Source: Seison nebaliae
Taxonomy: Eukaryota
Direction of reading: 5' to 3'
DNA: 64,000 nucleotides
Assembly (NCBI GenBank): GCA_023231475.1
Contig: JALJEE010002061.1
Location: 1 to 64,000, forward strand
In this document: positions 46,971 to 59,765 of the stretch, piece by piece
How positions within the stretch are numbered: the first letter of the stretch is position 1
Layout: every line of letters begins with the position of its first letter
Notes under the pieces: model-generated
Database searches by the model: none
The model's input: only the letters and a program-made list of their open reading frames with translations
What the model was told of the DNA's origin: nothing
Translations under genes and position numbers: made by a program

Positions 46971-49639
46971 ATGGCATCAGAAAAAAAGAGAAACGTTTCC
47001 ATTTATTCTATAAGACCTTCATAAAATCTCTTTAGCGAAAAAGGAAAGTGCCTTCACCTCAAATATGTACAGAGGATTCAATTATATTAAAATCGAAAGA
47101 ATTGAAAGATTTGGAATTGCAGAAAGTTGACCAACTTCAGAATTTGAATTTTCCTGAAGATGGTAATAATGGTGCTGACGATAGGGGACAGTGGACGAGT
47201 CAACTCGATTTTATTGTGGCTTCTTTAGCTTATGCGGTCGGACTAGGAAATATTTGGCGGTTTCCTTATTTATGTTATCGTAATGGAGGAGGTTAAATAT
47301 TATTTCGACGTTGAAAGAAATAAATTAATTTTTTAGGAGCTTTCTTAATTCCATATGTGATATTTTTGTTATTAGTTGGAATACCAATCTTCTTTCTCGA
47401 ATTGGCTATCGGTCAATATTCTTCTCGTGGTCCAATTCGTTGTTGGGAGATGTGTCCGATGTTTAAGGGTTTGGGTATCGCTATGTTCATCATAGTAAGT
47501 TATATGAACATTTATTATAACGTCATTGTTGGATGGTCTCTGTATTATTTGCGATTATCATTCTCTTATGTGCTCCCATGGAGTTTCTGCGATCCCAAAT
47601 GGGCAACTCCTAGTTATTCAATTAAAAATAAAAAATTTTAAATTTTAAAAATAATTTGAATCATTTTGAAAATATCAGATTGTGTTAATGATTTCTCGAA
47701 AGATGCACTACTTTTCAATTGTACAAATACTACTCTATATCATGAAGTAGATGGTCGTTGTTATAATGCGAGTGATGATATGATTGGTTATACTAATTTA
47801 ACTTTGAGACTACAAGACTCCCATGTCACGTTTCCGGCTCAAGAATATTTCCAGTTAGTTTTCTATTTGAAAAATTTTTGATAATTTCTATTTTTAAAAC
47901 TTTTTCCTATAATTTCTATTTATTAAACTTTTTGTGATAATTTCTATTTGGAATAACTTTGATGATTTCAAATTAAAGAAATGAATTTTTAGAGATGTCG
48001 AGTTCCATCAGTGAAACCGGTCATATAGTTCGACATATTGCGATCTCGTTAGTTATCGCTTGGATTCTTTTATTTCTGTGTATGATGAAAGGAGTAATGA
48101 ATGCGAGAAAAGTTTCGTTATAGAGTATTATTTATAATTTCTATGAAGTTCAGTTAATTTACGTTACGGTTATATTACCGTATCTGGTATTGATCGCTCT
48201 CGGAATAAGGGGATGGTTATTAGACGGTGCAAAAGAAGGTGTTCTCTTCTTCATCAAACCAGATGTGACAAAGTTGTTGAATGCGAAAATTTGGAATGAC
48301 GCCGCTTCTCAAATATTTTTCTCGTTATCGACATCTTTCGGTGGTCTGATAGCACTTGCCAGTTATAATGATTTTCATAATAATATGCTCCGGTTCTCCT
48401 CTTCACATTCTCATTCTCTTAACTTCTTCTGTTTGAATTAGAGATGCATTAGTGGTGAGTGTGGCTAATTGTTTAACGAGCATATTTGCTGGTTTTGTAA
48501 TATTTGCCTATATCGGCAATTTAGCCTTTACATCTCAATTACCCATCGAACATGTGGTTGATAGCGGTTTTAATTTTCTCCTAATTTCATTAAACAATTT
48601 CTCAGGACCGGGATTAACTTTCATAATTTATCCGTTCGCCGTATCTCAACTACCGTTCTCTCAATTGATGTCATGCATTTTCTTCTTCATGTTATCGTTA
48701 TTGGGACTGGATTCGATGGTTATTAATTGGTTGTCATGATTAATGAGAAATTTAATTTAACGCCTATTTTTAGTTTACTTATCTAGAAACGATCGTTTCA
48801 ATTATCTTAGATGAGTTTCCAAAACTAATGAAATTTCGATCACTCGTCATATTTATAGTATGTACAATCTTCTGCATAATGGGCATTCTATTTACAACAC
48901 AAGTATTTCTTTTCTCATTCAGATTAGTTAACTTTCATATCATCTGATGTACAGAGCGGTATATTCTGGGTGGAGTTGTTCAACACCTATGCAGCAGGTT
49001 GGGCCGTGTTGTTGGTGTCCGTGTGTGAATGTTACTGCATCATGTGGGTGTATGGTTTGAATATTCTCCATATTCCTTTCAATATTTCTTTGCATATTTC
49101 TCTTGTAGGTTGGAATAATTTGCGAAACGATTTGTTGTTAATGCTCGGGGATGGATATGATACGAAGTTACTTGATATTTGGTATTATATTTGGAAATAT
49201 ATATCGCCAATAATTAATATCGTTCAAATTTAAATTCTCACAATCATTTCATCACCTCCTTTTAGTGCGTCATAGTTTTCGTTTTAAGTGAAACGCCATT
49301 GTTACAAGTGAGCGGTATCGCCTTTCCTGCCTGGTCATACGCTGTTGGCAATCTAATGACAACATTCGTAGTATTAAGCGGAATCGGTTTTGCCCTAATC
49401 TTTTCAATAAGAATCTTTATGAAACATTCGGTTAATTTCATTCATTCTCCTCCTAACGTCAATATTGTGTGAAGTCCTTTGAAAAAGCCTATTCACCCAC
49501 CAAATATTGGGGACCGGCATTATCTCAAAATCGAGCGAAGGTAAAACATTTACCTAACTTCATTATGAATGTGACAAAAGATATTGAGAAAGTAACAACG
49601 TATGATAATCCTGCCCTTGAATCCGAACAAACATTATAA
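46971..49639 (+). CDS. SLC6 Na+/Cl- dependent amino-acid transporter, copy B (tandem paralogue); 13 exons
   Basis: Same motifs as copy A. Introns 46995-47035, 47292-47336, 47613-47678, 47854-47978, 48112-48153, 48393-48441, 48567-48605, 48719-48773, 48903-48954 (GTA donor), 49055-49108, 49222-49265, 49431-49474. Confidence 0.93.
47859..47968 (+). repeat. Intronic minisatellite, ~4 degenerate 25-28 bp units (TTTCTATTT..AAACTTTT..ATAA)
   Basis: Four successive tttctattt...ataa/atga units inside the SLC6-B intron 47854-47978. Confidence 0.75.
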
Positions 49640-49808
49640 TCGATCCAATTCAATGACGTTCAATCGATAATTTCTTCTTTTGTTATTTTATGCATTTTAT
49701 TTCGAATCTTTTCTCTTCCATATCATTCAATTACGATTATTACATTTCACATTTCTCCATCTTTTACGTTTGGTCGAATAAATAATATCAGTACATTCTT
49801 ATTTGAAT

Positions 49809-50376
49809 ATGATTTCTAATTTTAATACTCAAAATCTCGTTCCAAACATGGGAATCTCCCCAATGAATTATGGAGATAATTCGATGGTGTCAGTTCCACC
49901 ATTGGAATTAACTAACGCCATCCAACAACAGTCATTTATCAATAGTAAACATTCAAATGATATCATTGATAATTTGACAAATGAATCACTTCCAAATCTT
50001 CCATTGTCTCGAATAAGAACATGTGAGAATAGGAAACAATATTACGAAGAATATGGATGTGATCCTTGCGCTCAATTTACTCCAACGATCGATTCATATT
50101 ATCCTCAAATTGGACCACCAATGGAAGTTCTATTTTAACTATTTTATTCCTTTAAAACCGCCATCTCCAATTTAGATTTATCGACGTTATTATGTTCGGG
50201 AGAGACATCCATACATACTTCCTCGTCAAAATTCATCAAAATATACACCGAAAGCTCTACCAAAATATTTACAAATACGTAATCATTATCCACTCAATAA
50301 CACAGCCGATCTTATAGACAATGTTACTTACCAAATACCTGACATACATCGATCAACAAGACAAATACATATTTAA
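49809..50376 (+). CDS. Uncharacterised Pro/Tyr/Asn-rich small protein; 2 exons (intron 50127-50175)
   Basis: ORF 49803-50138 continues in frame after a 49-nt GTT..TAG intron (PPME|IYRRYYVRERHPY...IHI*); no family recognised. Confidence 0.55.
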
Positions 50377-51158
50377 TGACTAATAATTCTTATTTTATGA
50401 TCCTTTCATTTCTCAATATCATTCATGTAACACATTTTAAAATACATTACAAATATTTATATCTCTTTTCCTTATCCGATCTTCAAATTTTCTTTTGAAA
50501 CTAGTGTTAGAATTAGTGAATAATAATTAGAATTTTACCAACAATAATAACATATTTAGAGTTTATTTAGGAAACTAACCAAATGATTAGGATTGAATAA
50601 AGTTATTGAAATTTAATTCATTTGCAAAATTGATGAACGATATTGATGAGTAGAGAATTGTGGCGATGGAATTGAGTAAAAACTTCTACATTGTTCACTT
50701 CGAACAAACTGGAAATTTTTAGCTGATAATGTCTTCCAGTTGACTTCAATTGAACATTTATGGATAGAATTCTGATAATTCGTAGGAAGTATTCTTCGGA
50801 ATCATCTATGATGATTGAACGTGTTCTCTATGCATTTTTTGGCAGATTTTCTGAATACAATTAAACTATTCTTCAACAATTAATCAGATTAAGCACATAA
50901 AACCGTTATGGTTGTGAACTTTCTTTATAAAATAATTAAATTATTTAAATATAGATTAATTAGAAATAGAAACAGAAATAAAGGATTAAAATAGTGCATT
51001 AATTAAAAAAAGATCATAATAAATACCATTTTCTGGATGATCAGTGTTTTCGGAAATTTTTTTTCAATTATTATGACTTTCCAAACAGATAGCAATTGTT
51101 AATAAGTTTTGAAATTCAAATAATTAGCTTGTAAGAAAACGTGATAATAATAAGGAAC

Positions 51159-52237
51159 ATGAAAATCAAACGGGCTAAAGTCCCGATAATTGAATCACAG
51201 ACTTTACCAGAAGATAAAGAATCAGAAGAAAATGATGAAATTGTTGACGAAGATGTAAAAGAAAGTGAGGAAAATAATGACGATGAAGATGATCAATCAA
51301 TGAATTCCGATAACGAAGATGAAGATGATAACTCCGATGAATCGATGAGTTCGAATGATGATGATGATGAATTGATGCAGAAAGGCGACAAAAAATTATT
51401 TGTAAATAAAGTTAAATTTAGAATAAATTTTCAAAAAAGATATAATGTGAAATTTTAGGGGAAGTTATTGAAGAAAAGTGAAGAATTGAAATTGGATTTG
51501 GAATGGCGAGAACGATTATCGATGATATCTGAAGATCAAAATGAATCGATCGATAAATTGAAATTGAAAGATACATTGAGTGACGTAACATTGAATAGTG
51601 ATGTGAAAACGAAGAATCAATTATTTGAACAATTATTCCAGAATGACTTCCTTCTCGAAAGATATATTCAAATGATCACACACAAAGGACTTGTGAAATG
51701 TATCGAGAAAGGGAAAATCGAATCACCAAATAATCTCAAGAGACCTGACGACTATTTCGCTGAGATGTTGAAAACGGATAAGCACATGGAGAAAACGAGG
51801 AAGTTCCTCGTGGAGAAAACGGAGGAATTGACGAAACGTGACCGAATTCGACAATTACGTTTAGCGAAGAAATTAGCGAAGGAGAAAGCGAAAGAACAAC
51901 AATTGGACGAGAGGAATAAGAAACGAAATCTTCAAAAGAAGAAAGAGAAGAAATTGGAATTGAAAGATGGAAAAGTTGACAAGAGATGGAAGAGGAATAA
52001 GAATGGCAATCGAATGAAGCACGACGGAAAATTCGGATTTGGCGGACAGAAAAAACGCTCCAAATATAACACGAAAGACAGTTACGCTGATGTGAACAAT
52101 GAGAAGAAGTTGTCGAATAACAAACGTCCAGTCAAAACAAAAGTTTAATTTGTTTTCAGTTTATTTCATTTTGAATTTCGTCCACTTTCTTGTAGAGATT
52201 GGGGAAGAGTCGTCGAACGAAAAGAAACAATCATTAA
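51159..52237 (+). CDS. EBNA1BP2: rRNA-processing protein EBP2; 3 exons
   Basis: Introns 51411-51458 and 52143-52195. Motifs KRPDDYFAEMLKTDKHM, KFGFGGQKKRSKYNT, terminal RLGKSRR. Confidence 0.92.
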
Positions 52238-53276
52238 AATTTTTCAAATTTATTCGTTTTAACATTCTAACTATTTCTCCTGCTCATTTCTTATTTGTTT
52301 AAATTTGGAAGTAATATATGTAATAAACTCAACAATTTCTTAAACTATTTGGAAGAAGAAATGAATAATTTTTATAGTCAGTTAAATGTTGGAGAGGGAG
52401 GTAGGGAGGAAGTGGAAGATAAACATTTGGTGAAAGAAAGATTCAAATTGTCAAGGACGATTCATTCGAACACTTTTATCCTCCATTCTAATTTTAGCAT
52501 GAAAAAAAATTAATATTTATGTGAAAAGAAATGTCTTTGAAATTAATTAGAGAATTAATGAGAGGAGGAATGTTATAGTGAAAGTTGAAAATTTTCATGT
52601 GGAGGAATTATTCATAAATTCTCTCTTAATTTCTCTTCAATTCATTTCAACACAATAATAATTCCAGTGTTATTGATGATTAAAGGAGAGAGAGAGAGAG
52701 CGGGGAAAGATAGATGGAATGTTGATAGAATAGAAATAACAGTCGTTCTCATCATCTTCAACTATCGACTGTTGATGATTGGGGGAGAACGTGATTCGTT
52801 TGATGCGTTGCGGTTTTTAGTTTAGCAAAATGAACTTCCTCAATTTGTCTGTGTAGAGACTTAGACGATGAAGATGACGTCAAATTGTGCATAAACATCT
52901 GTGTTCTTTTCTTTTGTAAATTATTGTGTAATGTTGATGATTATGATGGTGTTGATAGATGTTGGTGAAATGGAAGAATAATTTTGGTTTATTGATGTGG
53001 GAAACATATGAGCAATTTGCACAATTTGTCTGATATTCGATTTGTGGAGAATGGATTGATGGATGGATAATTATAAGTTCGACGAACGATATTTACATCA
53101 GTATTTATCTAACTTTCTTCTAAATCCTCATTCTCCACAAACTTCTTAAAATATCCTAATATCTATTTATTTATATTCCAAATATGTGATCATTTCGATG
53201 TTGGAATCATAAAAATTAATTCTCTTCTTTTCTCTCCCTACTCGATAGAAATTGTTATTGAATTATCGTATTTTCA

Positions 53277-54141
53277 ATGAATTTTAATATACTCGATGAC
53301 TTGTTAAATAATGAGACAACGGAGAAAAAAACTGGGAAAGAACCAACATTCACAATCGATCATTTTTTTGAGGATAATCGAAATTATGTAACACCAGAAG
53401 ATGATAACGACAACGATAGAGATATGGAACAATCGCCACATTTATTAATCGATTCGATAGCGCCGAATCATCAGAGAACACGAGATATATCACTTATGAA
53501 TGATATAGAAAAAATGTTCTTATCACCCGTCGATTCGACGAGGAAACCAAAGAAAATTAATAAATATAGTCAAGACAAATCGAAGGGGAAAAGTTTGGAG
53601 GAGATTATAAACGAAAATGATCAATATCTCATTGACTTTCCAGATATGTCAGAAAATAGCAAAATGGAATCATGTCAATCTCCAGAAATCATATTGGATA
53701 ATGATTATTTTGGGATCGAAATGTTCATTTCTGATATCATTAATGAATCGTTGCAAAAACTTAATGATAATTCGTTTAATATCGAATTGAATGGAAATGA
53801 GAAAAATGATGGAAATGAATTGGATAAAATTGAAGTGGAAAATGAGTTGAAAGATTTGTTGCATGTTGACGAAACGTCGAACAACAAATCGTCTTCCGTC
53901 TCCCCGTCGATCAATGAGGAAGAAATGATTTTCAAACAAATCGATTCGACTGATAGTGAAGAATTAATTGAAGATCAACAACATGTAAATCAAACAGAAG
54001 TTCAAATTAAGAAGACAGAAGTTGAGAAAACTGGAGAAGTGCCATCTGAACAGGACTCGAAGAAGCCGCATGAAAATAGAGAAGAACTTCCAACGATTAC
54101 TTCCAACACTCGACAGCATGATCATGATGATAATGATGATG
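53277..54141 (+). CDS. Acidic low-complexity coding exon, possibly an alternative 5' exon of the downstream LIMA1/Xin-like gene
   Basis: 289-aa ORF ending at a phase-1 G|GTTAG donor compatible with the phase-1 acceptor at 61051; linkage inferred only. Confidence 0.5.
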
Positions 54142-55514
54142 GTTAGCTAATGAATATTTTATTGTTGCTTCTTGTTCGTTGTGAACATTGGAAAATTGAT
54201 AATAGAATTATCCGAGAGAAAAAAAGTTAAAGAGTGGAAGGAAGGAAGAAATTCCTCATCGCCAATTATTGGTAAGACACATCTGATTTGAATATTATTT
54301 CCTATCAGAATAATTTTTCAGTAAAAATAAATACAGATGTTCTCTTCATATGTGAGTCATATGTGAGAATTTAAATCAATAATTTCTCCCTACACAAAAC
54401 TATACGACATTAATCTTCAAATCATCAATATTTAATTGAAACTTATTCAATTGAATTGATTTGAGGTAAATAATAAGAATAAGGATGAGAATGAGAACAT
54501 TTCTCAATTTCAACAAATATCAATTAAGAATATTTCTTATTGTCCTTATTCTTTATCGATTAATCGGAAAGAAATGAAAGTTAAATTGTAGTTAGTACAC
54601 TGACTACTTACAGTAGTTAGTTTAGTTGAGCAAAGTGAATGAAGGCTAAGTATATGTATATCGACTTACCTAAAGTCAGTGAATGAAAAATAAATAATCG
54701 TTAAATCAATAATATTTTCGAAAGAAATAATCTATCTCTTTATCAAGATGTTTACTATCATTCTGATTATTTTTAGTTAGATTCATACTCAATTGTTATT
54801 ATTACATCATTATTAATAAAGAAACAATAGATGTTGATGAGAAAGTAGTAGTCCGATCGCTCTTCATTTTAAGGATGGCCAAAGTAAAATTTTGTTCGTC
54901 ATTTCATTTGACATGAATGAGGTAGTCGTTCTTAAGAATGAATGAAAGACATTCTCTCCATTTTGTACTGTCTCACCTATGAGAATGAATAAGAAGAATT
55001 GTCATCTGGTGAGCATGTTAGGACCGAAATATGTCAAGTTGTGGAGATGTCGTTTTGAATATATATGAAATTTGAATTTTACGTATGTCATCTCCGCTCG
55101 TGTGCCTGGTGACTTCTTCATTGGTTTGAAGGTCGTTTGCCACCGGAGTGAAAAACGCCTCCATTTATCTGTCCTCAATTGAACTTAAGAGATTTCCCCT
55201 TAATAATTTTCTCAATGTAAGAAGATAATCGTCAAATTGATATAATTTACGTAATAAACAATTTAACTTTTCATTCATTATCAATATTCATTAATAATTT
55301 GCTACTGATTTCTTTGAGTTATTAATAAATTTATTATTTTCTTTCACGGTCGTCGTCATTTCGCTGTTGTGATGAAATTGAAAAATTTTTTTAATGTGTG
55401 ATAATCTATTATCATACTCATTTCTCAGTCATCAAATCATTTTGAAAAAAAATTAATCAAAAAAAAAATTAGTTTATTCTTCCTAGAGGAATCATTAAGT
55501 TATATCTTCTTTGC

Positions 55515-57005
55515 ATGCGTCGTCATGACAACATGAATAAATTTAAGGAAGATTCCTCACCATCAAATCAATTTCTATCTACAACAAAAACAACGCCATT
55601 AACAACGCTGACAACCACAACAACCGAGCAATTACCTTCGAATGATGAAGGTATTTGTGATAATTCGAAAGAGACTCAGTTACTTCCTTATCAGTTAAGT
55701 AATGATCAATCTCAACTTAACCAACGTTATTCGATGTTCAGTTATCTCTCCTCACTGACATTCAATGACGCTGCTTCATATTTATTTGACGATGTATCAA
55801 ATGTAAATCGTTATTCCTCTTATCAAGATCAAGTTCTTTTATATGATGCGGCACCTGGTAAACGTGGCTCATTAATCGCATCCAATGACATGAATCAAAT
55901 TCAACCAAAACATGATCAACAACAACAGTATTATCGACCATTATCATCCATCTATCATCAGAAACAAAGTAGTTTTGATACGGAAGCGGATTATGACGAT
56001 TTGACGGTGATAACGCGAGATCGATATTCGATGGACGATCATCCTGGAGAAAAATTGAATTCAAAATCTATAGACGAATATTTTCACAATGATTCCCATT
56101 TGTTGGACGAACAATTTACTGACTCGATGAATTATCAGAATCATCATTCATCTTGTAACACTTTCTCCGAAATAAATTCTCTCCAGGATATTGTGCAGAA
56201 AATCAAAAATTTGGAAGAAGAAGCAAAACGGGAGAATTGCGAAAAAAATTTTATAAGTAATAAACGAAGAAATTCATCGGAAGATGATACGTCTTCCGTC
56301 GATCTAATGGAGAATCCAATTAAACATGATATTTATTCAAATTTATTTAATAACTCAATCAATAAAAATATGGATTATCAGTTAACGAATCCGTCGAATA
56401 AACAGCAACTCATGTTATACGACGAAGTTCCCGCTGACTCTATTTCCAGTTTCATTTCTTATGAATTGGAAAACAGTCATATTAGCGAGAAATATTTGGA
56501 AGAGTTTCGTCGGAATTCTCAAATTCCCGATATGTCGAGTCATCGATCGTTGAAACGAAATGAATCTGTTCATTTATCATCAAATCAAAAAATTAAATGT
56601 AATCCATTGCAGAAGTCTGCATCCGTCACTGTTGTGGTAAGGAAGTTAACATTATGCATTTCACCCAATCTTGAGAAAGAGGAAGTATCTCAGAATGATG
56701 AGATTGCGTCACGTCAGACGAAAGGATTCATTTTTGAGAAAAAACATTCCGATTCTTCTTCACTTCATCGGAATAAGAAGCATTTGCTCAAATCAGTCCA
56801 ATCTCATCAAAAAGATACAACAAATATTTCCACAACTACTTCCACTTCACCAACTACGAAAAAAACCAAAAAAAACGACGACATATTCATGCAATCTCTA
56901 TTGCGGAAGTTCCCATCAAATGGTTTCTGTCGACCGCTACTTGAACGATTCCATCAAAATCGTCGTTCGAAACGAAAAATGAAGATTATTTGGAATATAA
57001 GATAA
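55515..57005 (+). CDS. Uncharacterised Ser/Asn-rich 496-aa ORF (nested gene or alternative exon)
   Basis: Long ORF in AT-rich DNA; upstream pyrimidine-AG; internal GTG|GTAAGG donor candidate at 56637. Confidence 0.5.
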   Translation: MRRHDNMNKFKEDSSPSNQFLSTTKTTPLTTLTTTTTEQLPSNDEGICDNSKETQLLPYQLSNDQSQLNQRYSMFSYLSSLTFNDAASYLFDDVSNVNRYSSYQDQVLLYDAAPGKRGSLIASNDMNQIQPKHDQQQQYYRPLSSIYHQKQSSFDTEADYDDLTVITRDRYSMDDHPGEKLNSKSIDEYFHNDSHLLDEQFTDSMNYQNHHSSCNTFSEINSLQDIVQKIKNLEEEAKRENCEKNFISNKRRNSSEDDTSSVDLMENPIKHDIYSNLFNNSINKNMDYQLTNPSNKQQLMLYDEVPADSISSFISYELENSHISEKYLEEFRRNSQIPDMSSHRSLKRNESVHLSSNQKIKCNPLQKSASVTVVVRKLTLCISPNLEKEEVSQNDEIASRQTKGFIFEKKHSDSSSLHRNKKHLLKSVQSHQKDTTNISTTTSTSPTTKKTKKNDDIFMQSLLRKFPSNGFCRPLLERFHQNRRSKRKMKIIWNIR

Positions 57006-59733
57006 TCATATAAGATACGGGAAAGAAATTATATATTCCATTTCTCTTCCATTTCATATCTGCTGGATATATTAAGATCGATATATATATATAATTGAGG
57101 AAAATTGATAAATAAAAATATCTTTCTCTACTATCCGACGCCTATCGATGTTGTTCGTCTGAAAAGATTATAGAAAGAAAACATCTGGATCGACTCACAG
57201 ATAGATTCTTTCTTACGATTTCTTCTTCTTGCATTATCTCATTCCATTCCATATAACGGTTTCAGATAAAGAAGAATTATTTTATAATAATCAATTATTG
57301 ATTTACACAATTATTATCTGATTTATTCATAATTATCATTTCAAATTATTATTATTTATCTTCTGTTCGTAGAATTCGTATAAGAAAAAAAAAGAATTTT
57401 CCATTATAACAAATTCTCTTTTGGTTTTTTAAAGAAATTTATTCATAATTTTTAATCAATTCATTTATAAGATTCCATTTCGTTTGTTTCTTCTCTCATA
57501 ATCTATTCCTAATCACATGAATGACGTTGAACGAATTATCATAAACGATCACCGTTTTCTTGTTCGATTTTCCTACCTCACTTCTTGTGAATTATAAATG
57601 AAAATAAAGAAGTTTTTATGAAAATCTTCAACTTTCTAATAAACACAACATTCTCTGACATTTTTCTTCCAATGTCTGTCAGATTACTTCCAAACCATCT
57701 CATACTTCAAATAGACAATTCGTATGATTGAACTTCACAACAATCTTCATTCCTTAATTAAAAGAGAGTTCATCTCATAACTCGTGAAAGTTCGTTGCTA
57801 AGGAGAATAACTCCAAGAAAAAAATGTCTTGAATCATTTCCAATTTTATGCTCAAATAAGAAAAAGGAATTTCATTTTTTTATGACTGTTTTCTCTCACT
57901 TAAAATTAATAATATTATTATTATTATTATTATTCATAGTATGTACGTAGTAGTTTGCGTAGTTGATTTAAGTTAAGCCTCTTTTAGTGAATTATGTTTA
58001 ACTCGATATTTATTTTCTGTCAGAAGTGTACGATAAGTGGTGAAGGAAGAATCAGATTCTTTAGGATGTTGTCTGATTAAAAGAAATGTTTCAATTTTTG
58101 AAGTACGAATAATTAGAAAGGAGAGAGTTATTTATCTCATTTAAGAATACTCTCCAAAACGAGGAAGTTATTTTGAAAATTGTGTTGGTTACTTTCCATC
58201 TGGAACTCAGGTTAGGAATAGTTATTGAGATTAGATGAAAATATGTTTGTGAAGAGAGAAAGAGAGAGATGGGGAAGAAGTCTAACTGATAATCAATGAA
58301 GATAATGATAATATATCACATTTCCTTTAACACGAACGTCCGACATATGCCGGTTGGCTGTTGAATGGTTGTTGACGTAGATTCATCATTTTAGACGATT
58401 GTATACTTGAAATCGAATAAAAATGAGTTATCATCAAATAATAAAACGTTTTGCTTCTTTATGTAGAAATGAGATATTTCCACATAATAATAATTCTCAT
58501 TATATTACACGAAAATGTGATAACAATTAACTACATTTAATAAATCTGCTAACGTGGTTGAAGTACGTAGGTTTGGAATAAACATCTTTCAGAATGTGTA
58601 TCGTAAATAAGAAGATTGTATGTGCAACAATGATAATATAATGCAAAAGACGAAGTTGTGGTAGAGATGGAGGAGAGAGAAAGTAATTGAAATGCATAAG
58701 AAATCGTATTACACTAAATAATTTCAATTATTTTCCCAGTGGAATTGGGAGGGAAGGGGGAGAAGGTGGGCCGCACATTAGTGCTAGGTTTCTCCCTCAC
58801 AGATCGTACTCTGTCTAAGATATATGGCTGCAAACTATGTAGCTTCGAGGCGGAGCAAGTGAATGTTGTCTCTCCATTTCCTACACAAATTACTTCTTTT
58901 GTGAGAATGAATAGGAAAGGAATTTGTGGTCATTTTCAAGAGAATGAGAGGAATCGAACGAATGAGGATTATATTCATCAGATGCAAAAGAGAATGACGA
59001 CTAACGTTTTCGGGGTGGATGTAAGTCGATTTTGTTTTTTGATGAAGAATTTCCTAATACGACGTCGTAACTTTCTCCCTAACATCTGTCTTCTCACACT
59101 CCGAATTATCAAATGTGTCCTAATGAAATTTGTTATTTTGGTTTATTTAGACATTCTTCTTCTGAAATTGTCGACCAACTGATAGACCGAGAGAAAGTTG
59201 TTATAGATAGGAAATATAACAGTGATGATAATGGAAAGAATAACAATGTTAACATTGGCAACGATCTGTTGAAATAACCTCAATCTTCAGTTCGAATGAT
59301 AATCATAAAATGTATTAGATGTATCTCCAATTTGATGATCAGAAAAAAAATGTATTTAGATTATTCTTTCTTTCCTTCTCCATTTTTTTCTGGTCGTTTT
59401 CTTTCTAAAGAAATGTTTTTTCGAGAAAGATATGGAGGGGATGTAGTGGAGGGGATGTGGTGGAAGAAGTGAAATGGAAATTAGTCGGAGAATAGTAGTG
59501 GGAGGATAGAAATATAATTTAAGTTAAACCCATTCTGATCTTCATTCTTCTATCTTCTTTATCAGTCGGATAAAACAAACAAATCGATAGGTAAATATTC
59601 ACTTTATTCACCTCACTCATTTACCTACTCCATTATTCCGTTTCTTTTACAAATTGTGACTTATACGATGTTGTTGACGGAAGTGAATAATGATGGAGAT
59701 CAGTGAGACAGTTCACTTCTTTTATGGAATATT

Positions 59734-59765
59734 CCATCCATCCATCCATCCATCCATCCATCCAT
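59734..59765 (+). repeat. (CCAT)n microsatellite
   Basis: About 8 tandem CCAT units. Confidence 0.9.

Noticed and set aside
50430..51030. Possible hidden minus-strand multi-exon gene
   Set aside because: An open stretch and GTT/AG pairs exist, but I could not build a consistent stop-free model or recognise a product.
54990..55165. GC-richer island readable as a small antisense exon (MEAFFTPVANDLQ...)
   Set aside because: Short, no homology, and the only splice I could build hits a stop quickly.
57944..57964. let-7-like 21-mer TACGTAGTAGTTTGCGTAGTT
   Set aside because: Seed mismatched and no complementary arm nearby.
58739..59182. 147-aa ORF with GTG start and GC-richer 5' part
   Set aside because: No recognisable motif or phase-consistent splice partner; likely non-coding, though a structured RNA is not excluded.
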